Shown here: piece by piece, positions 1 through 7,075 of the stretch
Layout of the letters: every line of letters begins with the position of its first letter
How positions within the stretch are numbered: the stretch's first letter is position 1
Program-made: the position numbers and the translations under genes
DNA from: an uncultured delta proteobacterium
GTDB taxonomy: Bacteria > Desulfobacterota > Desulfobaccia > Desulfobaccales > 0-14-0-80-60-11
Assembly: GCA_963797235.1 (NCBI GenBank)
Contig: CAWCOX010000006.1
Span: 191,668-255,667 of the forward strand
Length of the DNA: 64,000 bases
Direction: 5' to 3'
The notes under the pieces: generated by a model
Told to the model about the DNA's origin: nothing
Seen by the model: the letters and a program-made list of their open reading frames with translations, nothing else
Database searches by the model: none

Positions 1-414
1 GGTGCGGGTGCCGCCCAGGGGTTCGAACTCCCGGGCCTGGAGGACCCGCAGGATCTTGGCCTGGGTGGTCAGGCTGAGTTCGCCGATTTCATCCAGGAAG
101 AGGCTGCCCCGATGGGCCAGGAGGAAGCGGCCGTCCTTGCGATTGACCGCACCGGTGAAGGCGCCCCGTTCGTGGCCGAAGAGCTCGGACTCCAGCAGGG
201 TTTCGGGAAGCGCGGCGCAGTTGACCACCACAAAGGGCCCCTGGGCCCGGGGGCTGCTGCCATGGATGGCATGGGCCACCAGTTCCTTGCCGGTGCCGGT
301 CTCCCCCAGGAGCAGGACATTGGCTTCCGAAGGCGATACCAGTTCCAGCAGATGAAAGATCTCTTGCATCCGCGGCGCGGCGCCCAGGACCCCGAAGTGC
401 TCAAAGTTCGCCAT
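1..414 (-). CDS. sigma-54-dependent transcriptional activator, AAA+ domain (3' part runs off window start)
   Basis: Own minus-strand translation from ATG 414-412: [54 protein letters not shown]...[15 protein letters not shown]. Walker A and the GAFTGA loop are present. It is absent from the ORF track because there is no stop in the window. Confidence 0.85.
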   Translation of the reverse strand, partial: MANFEHFGVLGAAPRMQEIFHLLELVSPSEANVLLLGETGTGKELVAHAIHGSSPRAQGPFVVVNCAALPETLLESELFGHERGAFTGAVNRKDGRFLLAHRGSLFLDEIGELSLTTQAKILRVLQAREFEPLGGTRT

Positions 415-416
415 GT

Positions 417-1202
417 TTATATTAGACCGGGGACGGGGGACCGGGGACCGAAGTTGCCCTCCTGTTCACCGTCCCTCCTTCTATGCTTCCGGGTTATCGG
501 ACCGAAGAACGAAGTTTGTTCTCCCGTCTCCCGTCCCCCGTCTCCCGTCCTGTTAAGCCCATGCACCACCCCGTGGCAGCGGCAGGCGGTAGCGATCAGG
601 AGCTTGCCGGCCAGGCCGGTCAGTTCCCGGCCCAGAGCCAGCAATTCCCCGGGGGGATAGCCCCCCACCCCGGGGGCCAGCTGCCGGCTGGGGATGACCC
701 GGGTGGCCCAGCCGGGCAGGTTCACGGCCGCCAGTTCGGCGGACAGGGGCGCCTCCCGGGACTCGCCGCTCACCGGACAGACTGAGTCCGGCTCGGGACA
801 ATCATCCGGGCAGAGATGGGCGGCCCGGCTCAGATAGAGCTGCCCCTCGGGGCCTCGGAACCCGACCTTCGCCAAATGTTCCAGTTCTCCAGGGACCGCC
901 GCGGTCTCCCAGCCGTTCAAGGGGCCGGCCAGGAGCCAGGCAGAGGCCACGTGTACCGGCACCATGGGTATTAACCAATCCCAGGGCGAATTATCCGCCA
1001 GGTTGGCGGCCAGGAAGGCAATGGCCTCCGCCGCCACCCACTCAACCTCAGGGATCGCCAGAGCCCGGGCCGCGGCCAGGGCCTCCGGCCGCTGTTCCAC
1101 CACCAGAAATGAGGCCGCCGCCTCTTGCCGGGCCAGACGCGCCAGGGCCAGGCGCCCGAATTTACCCGCCCCCAGGATGAGGTATCTGGCCATCAGGCTC
1201 AA
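417..1202 (-). CDS. NAD(P)-binding Rossmann-fold protein with Cys-rich C-terminal half
   Basis: ILGAGKFG dinucleotide-binding motif at the N-terminus. Cys clusters [13 protein letters not shown] and ACRCHG. The stop lies 2 nt upstream of the activator ATG. The last ~45 codons run through heptamer arrays, so the true C-terminus is uncertain. Confidence 0.55.
   Translation of the reverse strand: MSLMARYLILGAGKFGRLALARLARQEAAASFLVVEQRPEALAAARALAIPEVEWVAAEAIAFLAANLADNSPWDWLIPMVPVHVASAWLLAGPLNGWETAAVPGELEHLAKVGFRGPEGQLYLSRAAHLCPDDCPEPDSVCPVSGESREAPLSAELAAVNLPGWATRVIPSRQLAPGVGGYPPGELLALGRELTGLAGKLLIATACRCHGVVHGLNRTGDGGRETGEQTSFFGPITRKHRRRDGEQEGNFGPRSPVPGLI
429..449. repeat. tandem heptamer array (GGGGACS)x3
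   Basis: GGGGACG GGGGACC GGGGACC. Inverted relative to 522-549. Confidence 0.8.
522..549. repeat. tandem heptamer array (YCCCGTC)x4
   Basis: TCCCGTC TCCCGTC CCCCGTC TCCCGTC. Its reverse complement belongs to the same unit family as 429-449. Confidence 0.85.
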
Positions 1203-2044
1203 TCCTGACGCGGAAAGACCCCCACCACGGTGGGCAGCCAGTAAACCTTCTGGTCAAAGATACTCCCGAGGGAGTTCTCCCACGACGGAGGGGAAAAAAA
1301 TTCCAGGTCCTTGGTCTTGATCAACAACTGCGCTTCGGCGCCGCCGTCCAGGTTCAGGGCGGAGTCGATATTGAACTTGCTGTTCTTCAGGAATTGCGCC
1401 AACTCCTTCAGGGTGAAAAAACGGTTGGAGGTATTGAAGACCAGGATGTTGCCCACCCGGTCGGTGGCGATTACCGTGCGGTTGGACCTTTTGTCACTGT
1501 CCCGCACCCGGATGTTGCCCTTGTAGTCCAGCAGCAGTGGAAAGGATTGCACCCCCTGGGTCCAGGGCAGGTTCTGGGGATTGACGGGGGTGGCCTGGAG
1601 GTCCAGGATGGTGGCCCGGGGCAGGTCCGGGGAGATGCCCTTGGGCTCGGCCACAAACATGCCGCGCATCTGCCGGTTGTTGGCCGGGCCGATGGCCTGG
1701 CCGTCAGCCATGATCAGACCCACCGGTTGATTGTTGGGTCCATAAAAGCTGGCATTAAAGACGATGGGGGCCTTCAGTTGCTGCTGCCATTGGGTGATGC
1801 TCTGGGGGGCCTGGTGAAAGACCCGGAAGGCATTGGTGGCCGGATCGATCTTGACCACCGCCAGGCTGGCCACGACCTCGGTGACCTCGCCTTCCCGAAG
1901 CACGTCCACCCGGGCGAAACTGAGACCCCGGCCCAGCGTTTGCCATTGGGGCGCAGTGTGGCTCAAGCCGGCGGCCCCCGCGGTTAAGGGGGCCAGGAGG
2001 CAAACCCAGCAAATGAGGATGATGCTATAAAGCCAGGCGGGCAC
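1199..2044 (-). CDS. secreted phosphodiester glycosidase family protein (DUF2233/NAGPA-like)
   Basis: N-terminal signal peptide (LLAPLTAGAAG). C-terminal ALNLDGGAEAQL motif. ATGA start/stop overlap with the downstream gene. Confidence 0.7.
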   Translation of the reverse strand: MPAWLYSIILICWVCLLAPLTAGAAGLSHTAPQWQTLGRGLSFARVDVLREGEVTEVVASLAVVKIDPATNAFRVFHQAPQSITQWQQQLKAPIVFNASFYGPNNQPVGLIMADGQAIGPANNRQMRGMFVAEPKGISPDLPRATILDLQATPVNPQNLPWTQGVQSFPLLLDYKGNIRVRDSDKRSNRTVIATDRVGNILVFNTSNRFFTLKELAQFLKNSKFNIDSALNLDGGAEAQLLIKTKDLEFFSPPSWENSLGSIFDQKVYWLPTVVGVFPRQD

Positions 2045-2112
2045 CGCCTCTCCTTGCAGACTACGAAAATATGGGATATTTTACCATGGCAGGGATGATT
2101 CGTCCACAAAGT

Positions 2113-2147
2113 TCAGTGATTAGTGGCCAGTAGTCAGTGGTCAGTAA
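2113..2147. repeat. tandem heptamer array x5
   Basis: TCAGTGA TTAGTGG CCAGTAG TCAGTGG TCAGTAA. Confidence 0.85.
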
Positions 2148-2211
2148 ATTCTCAGCCGGGTAGACTTCCGGTAATGTTGGAAAATCCGGATGGGCCTGGC
2201 TGTTTAACTAA

Positions 2212-2232
2212 AAACTCGGAACTCGAAACTTA
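2212..2232. repeat. tandem heptamer array x3 abutting the tatD start
   Basis: AAACTCG GAACTCG AAACTTA. The last A is the A of ATG 2232. Confidence 0.6.
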
Positions 2233-3044
2233 TGTCTATCCGTCTGGCCGATTCCCACGCCCACCTGGACCTGGAGGAGCTGCTGGCCGATCAGGCCGCC
2301 GTGGTGAACCGGGCCCGGGAGGCCGGGGTGGCCTTGATCGTCAACGTCGCCACCGGCCTGGGGGACGCCCGCCAGGTGGTCGCCACGGCCGGGAGCTACC
2401 CCGGGATCCGGGCCGCGGTGGGGGTCCATCCCCATGGGGCGCAGACCATAACTGAGCAGGACCTGGAGACCCTGGCCGCCCTGGCGGCCCATCCCCGCGT
2501 GGCGGCCATCGGCGAGATCGGCCTCGATTTTTACCGCCTGCGTTCGCCGGCCGAGACCCAGGAGCACTGGTTCCGCCGCCAACTGGAGCTGGCTGCCGGT
2601 CTGAAAAAGCCGGTGATCATCCACACCCGGGAGGCCACGGCCGCGACCTTAAAGATTCTCCGGGAATATCGCGGCCGCCTCCAAGGCGGGATCATGCACT
2701 GTTTTGCCGGGAGTCTGGCAGAAGCCCATGATTTTTTGGACCTGGGCCTGCACCTCTCCTTTTCCGGCACCCTCACCTACCCCAAGGCCGGGCCGTTGCG
2801 GGAGGTGGCCAAAGAGGCGCCCCTGGACCGCCTGCTGGTGGAGACCGACTGCCCCTATCTGCCGCCGCAACCCTGGCGGGGGAAGCGCAACGAGCCGGCT
2901 TACGTGGTCGCCACGGCCCGGCAACTGGCCGAGGTCCGGGGCCTCAGCCTGGAAGAGGTGGCCCGGGCCACCTGGGAGAATACCCTGCGGGTCTTCGGGA
3001 TAGAGGAAGAAGAGGTTTTAGTGGCACAGGCCTCCGGCCTGTGA
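2232..3044 (+). CDS. tatD: TatD family metal-dependent hydrolase/DNase
   Basis: N-terminal DSHAHLD metal-binding motif, IGEIGLDF and a 270-aa length. The last codons and the stop lie inside a REP hairpin. Confidence 0.9.
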   Translation: MSIRLADSHAHLDLEELLADQAAVVNRAREAGVALIVNVATGLGDARQVVATAGSYPGIRAAVGVHPHGAQTITEQDLETLAALAAHPRVAAIGEIGLDFYRLRSPAETQEHWFRRQLELAAGLKKPVIIHTREATAATLKILREYRGRLQGGIMHCFAGSLAEAHDFLDLGLHLSFSGTLTYPKAGPLREVAKEAPLDRLLVETDCPYLPPQPWRGKRNEPAYVVATARQLAEVRGLSLEEVARATWENTLRVFGIEEEEVLVAQASGL

Positions 3045-3080
3045 AGGGCACCGGCGCGTAGGGTGCACACCGCGCACCCC
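3019..3080. repeat. REP-like hairpins (family R2 then R3)
   Basis: TAGTGGCACAGGCCTCCGGCCTGTGA, then GTAGGGTGCACACCGCGCACCCC. Confidence 0.8.
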
Positions 3081-3156
3081 TTATTAAGGGTACACGGATA
3101 CCTATCCACTGCTTTTTCTTGGGGATGAAAACCAATAAAGGTGCTCGCAAATATCA

Positions 3157-3838
3157 ATGAGCCAAATCGCCCAAAATTTAGAGGAAGTGCGTCGCCGCAT
3201 GGCCGCCGCGGCCCGGCGGGCCGGCCGGGACCCGGCTGGGGTGCGCCTGGTGGCGGTGAGCAAGACGGTGCCGGTGGAGCTGATCCGCCAGGCCGTGGCC
3301 GCGGGCCAGCGCCTCTTCGGCGAAAATTATTTGCAGGAGGCCCGGGGCAAGATCGAGGCCCTGGGGGAGGCGGCGAGCTGGCATTTTATCGGCCATCTGC
3401 AAAGCAACAAGGCCAAGGCTGCGGTGGGGTTGTTCGAGCTGATCCACGGGGTGGACCGCCTGAAGCTGGCCGAGGCGCTGAATTCTGCCGCGGCCTCCAA
3501 AGGAACCTTACAAAAAATCCTGCATGCAGGTAAACCTGGCGGGCGAGGCCTCGAAATCCGGGACCAGCCTGGAGGCAGCCGCCGAGTTGTGGCGTGAAAT
3601 CAGCCAGTTGCCGCACCTGCGGCTGGTGGGCCTGATGACCATGCCGCCCTTGCTCTCGCCCGAGGCGGTGCGCCCTTATTTCCGGGCCCTGCGGGAGCTG
3701 CGGGAGCGGCTGCAAGACCTGGGCGGGACCCCCTTGCCGGAGTTGTCCATGGGCATGTCCGGCGACTTTGAGGTGGCCATCGAGGCAGGCGCCACCCTGG
3801 TGCGGGTGGGCACCGCCATCTTCGGCAGCCGGCTTTGA
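3157..3838 (+). pseudogene. yggS: YggS-family pyridoxal-phosphate homeostasis protein, apparent frameshift
   Basis: ORFs 3157-3597 and 3524-3838 together give a full YggS (VAVSKT...HFIGHLQSNK then MQVNLAGEASKSG...MGMSGDF). The frames switch near the A6 run at 3512-3517. Confidence 0.8.
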
Positions 3839-3866
3839 CAGTGAGCAGTGAGCAGTGAGCGGTAAG
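3839..3866. repeat. tandem heptamer array (CAGTGAG)x3 plus a degenerate unit
   Basis: CAGTGAG CAGTGAG CAGTGAG CGGTAAG. It starts directly after the yggS stop. Confidence 0.9.
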
Positions 3867-3999
3867 GACCCTTCTGCGTCTTTTCCATAATCCGAACTTT
3901 TCCTCTCTTTCATTTTTTCCCGCTTTAGATATGCTATTATTATCTAAGAGATTAGAAGGACTACGAAAATATGGAGGACAGGCGCAAGCGCCTCCTGCT

Positions 4000-4027
4000 C
4001 CGGTCATCGGTCTCCGGTCTCCGGTCC
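4000..4027. repeat. tandem heptamer array (YCGGTCN)x4
   Basis: CCGGTCA TCGGTCT CCGGTCT CCGGTCC. It ends 13 nt before ATG 4041. Confidence 0.85.
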
Positions 4028-4040
4028 AAAAACGCAAACC

Positions 4041-5048
4041 ATGACCCTCATTAAACCACCGCCCCCCGGCGCCCGGGTGGGCTTCACCACCACCATCCCG
4101 GTGGAAGTGGTGCTGGCCGCGGGCCTGACTCCGGTGGACCTCAATAACCTGTTCATTGTCGAGGCCGGGGCCCGGGCCCGGGTGGCCGAGGCCGAAGCCG
4201 CCGGCTTCCCCCGCACCGTCTGCGCCTGGATCAAGGGCATTTACACCGCCTTGCAGAATCATCCCGAGATCCGCACGGTCATCGTCGCCTGCCAGGGCGA
4301 TTGTTCTTACACTCAGGCCCTGGGGGAGATTTTGCAGGCGCAGGGCCAGGACGTGGTCCACTTTAAGTTCCCTTATCCCCGGAACCGGGAGCAACTGGCC
4401 CAGGAAATTCACGCCCTGATGGCCCGTTTGGGGGCCACTGAGTCCGAGGTGGCCCGGGTTCAGGCCAGGCTGGCGCCTCTGCGGCAAAAGTTGCAACGCC
4501 TGGACCGGCTCACCTGGGAGACCGGCCAGGTCTCCGGCGAGGAAAATTTCCTCTATCTGATCTCCTCCTCGGACTTCGCCTCTGACCTTGAGGCCTACGA
4601 AAACCGGGTGACGAATTTCCTGCGAGACGCGGCCGGCCGTCCGAGCCGGAACTACCCGGTGCGCCTGGGCTTTGCCGGCATTCCGCCCATCTTCACCGAC
4701 CTGTGGGACTACCTGGAGGAACTGGGGGCCGGGGTGGTGTTCCACGAATTTCCCCGGCAGTTCAGCATGCCCCAGGCCGGCCCGGACCTGGCGGAGCAGT
4801 ACCTGCACTACACTTATCCCTACGACATCTTCGGGCGCCTGGCCGACCTGGAGGAGGCGGTGCGCACCCGGCGCCTGGACGGGCTGGTGCACTATACCCA
4901 GAGCTTCTGCTTCCGCCAGATGTTCGACCAGATCATCCGGGAGCGCCTGAATATTCCGGTCCTCACCATCGAAGGGGACCGCCCCTCCCCTCTCGACTCC
5001 CGCACCCGCATGCGCCTGGAGGCCTTCGTCGATGTCCTGCGGCCGTAA
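4041..5048 (+). CDS. 2-hydroxyacyl-CoA dehydratase/benzoyl-CoA reductase (HGD-D) family protein
   Basis: 335 aa with conserved Cys contexts (RTVCAWIKG, ACQGDCS, QSFCFRQ). The family assignment is supported by the adjacent activase-type ATPase. Confidence 0.75.
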   Translation: MTLIKPPPPGARVGFTTTIPVEVVLAAGLTPVDLNNLFIVEAGARARVAEAEAAGFPRTVCAWIKGIYTALQNHPEIRTVIVACQGDCSYTQALGEILQAQGQDVVHFKFPYPRNREQLAQEIHALMARLGATESEVARVQARLAPLRQKLQRLDRLTWETGQVSGEENFLYLISSSDFASDLEAYENRVTNFLRDAAGRPSRNYPVRLGFAGIPPIFTDLWDYLEELGAGVVFHEFPRQFSMPQAGPDLAEQYLHYTYPYDIFGRLADLEEAVRTRRLDGLVHYTQSFCFRQMFDQIIRERLNIPVLTIEGDRPSPLDSRTRMRLEAFVDVLRP

Positions 5049-5055
5049 TAAAATC

Positions 5056-5123
5056 TTGGGGGAGGGGGCTAAGGGGCACAGCCCCTTACCTTACAAAAAA
5101 CTCCCCCAGACCCCCTCCCCCAA
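5056..5123. repeat. long imperfect palindrome
   Basis: TTGGGGGAGGGGGC...GGGGCACAGCCCC...CCCCCTCCCCCAA, between the HGD-D and activase genes. Confidence 0.7.
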
Positions 5124-5177
5124 TCCCGTATATTTTTTGAGGGAGCTTGCTGTGGCCTGGACTTCGGCAGTCGTTAT

Positions 5178-5918
5178 GTGAAGATAGTCTATGCCGGTGA
5201 CAACAAGCCGCTGACCCGGCGCCGGTTGGATACCATCACCTTTTATCGCGACTATCTCCTCCGGGAGAATGGCCGTCTGGCCATTGATTGGCCGCGACTG
5301 GGGCTGCCGAAGCCCGAAGCCCTGGTGGTCACCGGCTACGGCAAGAATCTCTTGCAGAAAAATTTCCCGGCCATCACCGAAATCCGGGCCCATTTCCTGG
5401 GCGCCCGGCAGCAGACGGGCCTGGACCATTTCATCCTGCTGGAGGTGGGGGGCCAGGACACCAAGGTCCTTTATGTCAAAGACGGCCGGGTCTTCGATTT
5501 CCTCACCAACGACCGCTGCGCCGCCGGCACCGGCCGCTACCTGGAGAACATGGCCCGGTTTCTGAAGATGCCGCTGACCGAGTTCGCCGCGGCCTGGGCG
5601 GACCCGGTGGAGATCTCCCAGACCTGCGCCATCTTCGGGGAAAGCGAGCTGGTGGGGCATCTGCTGGAAGGGGTCGACCCGGGGCGCATCGCCGCCGGGG
5701 TCAATGCCTCCGTGGCCCGGCGAGCCCTGGCCATGGTGCGCCGTTACCGCTGCGCCACCCTGGTGTGCGTCGGCGGCGTGGCCCGCAACCGCGCCGTGAT
5801 TCATTTTCTCCAGGAAGCCAATAAATTCCGGGTGTTGGTGCCGCCGTATCCCCAATTCAACGGCGCCCTGGGTTGCTGCCTGGAGGCGGCCCGCCGGCCG
5901 GCGCCGGAGCGGCCGTGA
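5178..5918 (+). CDS. BadF/BadG/BcrA/BcrD-type ATPase (HgdC-like activase)
   Basis: Motifs EVGGQDTK, NDRCAAGTGRYLE and GGVARN. The in-frame upstream extension encodes the phosphate-1 motif GLDFGS (5154-5171) but has no canonical start codon, so the start is uncertain. Confidence 0.8.
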   Translation: MKIVYAGDNKPLTRRRLDTITFYRDYLLRENGRLAIDWPRLGLPKPEALVVTGYGKNLLQKNFPAITEIRAHFLGARQQTGLDHFILLEVGGQDTKVLYVKDGRVFDFLTNDRCAAGTGRYLENMARFLKMPLTEFAAAWADPVEISQTCAIFGESELVGHLLEGVDPGRIAAGVNASVARRALAMVRRYRCATLVCVGGVARNRAVIHFLQEANKFRVLVPPYPQFNGALGCCLEAARRPAPERP

Positions 5919-6934
5919 CCAGGTTGGCGCCGCAGGCCCCCCTGGCCCTGGCCCTCGGGCGGCTGCTGGCCCCGGCCGGGGCCCCTCCCCTGACCGGCGA
6001 GGTGGCCCGGGAAACGCTGCCGTCTTCCCGAGAGGTCTGCCGCTTCACCTTCCGCGGCAACGGCGCCGCCGTGGTGGGCAAATTTTATGGCGCCTATCCT
6101 GCCGCCACGCCGGCGGACCAGGGCCTGGTCCAGGAATATGACCACTATCTCCGGGCTGCGGAACTGGGACTGACCGAGGGCTTAGCCAGGATTCCGCGGC
6201 TTCTGGGCCGCCGGCCGGACCTCCGCCTGGGTCTGCTGCTGGAGGCCGTTCCCGGGCCGGACCTGGATCGCCTCATGCGCGGCGCCATCGAGCCAGGTAA
6301 GCTGGCCGACCTCGGTCGGGGCCTGGAAAGCCTGGCTGAACTCCTGGCCTTTTTTCACTCCCGCCCCTTGCCGGAGACCGCGGTGTCGGGCCGGGAAGCC
6401 TTGAGTTACCTGGACAAACTATTATTGCAACTGCGGCGGCAGGGCCTGCTTTCTCCTGAAGACGAGGGTGACCTGATCTCGGAGAGGGCCGCCTGGGAAG
6501 TCAGGCTGGCGCAATTTCCCGACCGGCAGGTGCTGGTGCACGGCGACGCCACCCCCACCAATTTTCTCTTCCCCGACCACGACGGGCGGGGAGGCCCGCC
6601 CCACGGGAGGGCGGTGGCCCTGGACCTGGAGCGCCTGCGGGCGGCGGACCGCCTCTGGGACCTCTCCTGGGTGGCCGGCGAACTCAAGCACGCCTGGGCC
6701 TGGCGCACCGGCCATGCGGCCGCGGCTGAACCCGCCATCGGCCATTTTTTGGCGGCTTATCTGGAGTCGCAGCCCCATAACCCGGACCTGGCGCAGCGCC
6801 TCTATCTCCTCAATCCCTTTTACATGGCCCTGGCGGAGCTGCGCATCGCCCGGAATGGTTATCTCGCCTGGGAGTACCGCCGCTGGCTGGTGGCCGAGGC
6901 TACAAGATGTTTGACTTACGGCAGGCGGTTATAA
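5915..6934 (+). CDS. aminoglycoside-phosphotransferase-like kinase family protein
   Basis: HGDATPTNFL (HGDxxxxN catalytic loop) and DLERL. GTG 5915 overlaps the activase stop (GTGA). Everything upstream of this GTG in the track ORF overlaps the activase. Confidence 0.65.
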   Translation: MTRLAPQAPLALALGRLLAPAGAPPLTGEVARETLPSSREVCRFTFRGNGAAVVGKFYGAYPAATPADQGLVQEYDHYLRAAELGLTEGLARIPRLLGRRPDLRLGLLLEAVPGPDLDRLMRGAIEPGKLADLGRGLESLAELLAFFHSRPLPETAVSGREALSYLDKLLLQLRRQGLLSPEDEGDLISERAAWEVRLAQFPDRQVLVHGDATPTNFLFPDHDGRGGPPHGRAVALDLERLRAADRLWDLSWVAGELKHAWAWRTGHAAAAEPAIGHFLAAYLESQPHNPDLAQRLYLLNPFYMALAELRIARNGYLAWEYRRWLVAEATRCLTYGRRL

Positions 6935-6947
6935 GAATTGCCTCTTT

Positions 6948-6999
6948 AGAGCCGGCGCCCTCGCCGGCTCTAAAACCGCCGGGGGCGGCGGTTCTACAT
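6948..6999. repeat. double-hairpin element, family R1
   Basis: AGAGCCGGCGCCCTCGCCGGCTCT AAAACCGCCGGGGGCGGCGGTTCTACAT. Confidence 0.85.
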
Positions 7000-7007
7000 T
7001 CTTTCCT

Positions 7008-7039
7008 CTGGCGTCTTTGCGCTTCTGCGCCTTGGCGTG
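7008..7039. repeat. tandem octamer array x4
   Basis: CTGGCGTC TTTGCGCT TCTGCGCC TTGGCGTG, followed by AGATA. Homologous to 33821-33861. Confidence 0.7.
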
Positions 7040-7075
7040 AGATACATTCTTTTTTGCATATTCACGGAGATTAGC

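Noticed and set aside
3600-4892. 430-aa minus-strand ORF. Similar long ORFs antisense to confident genes include 18502-19872, 38476-39780, 46462-47715, 51025-52467, 54571-55782, 58586-59533, 61200-62147, 14199-15053 and 15159-16160.
   Set aside because: They overlap genes with strong family motifs on the opposite strand. Their products are Gly/Arg/Pro/Ala-rich with no motifs. Long stop-free antisense frames are expected at this G+C content.
5873-5914. Upstream ATG start of the kinase ORF as given in the track
   Set aside because: It would overlap the activase gene by 46 nt with a Gly/Pro/Ala-rich extension. The GTG at 5915 gives the common GTGA stop/start coupling.
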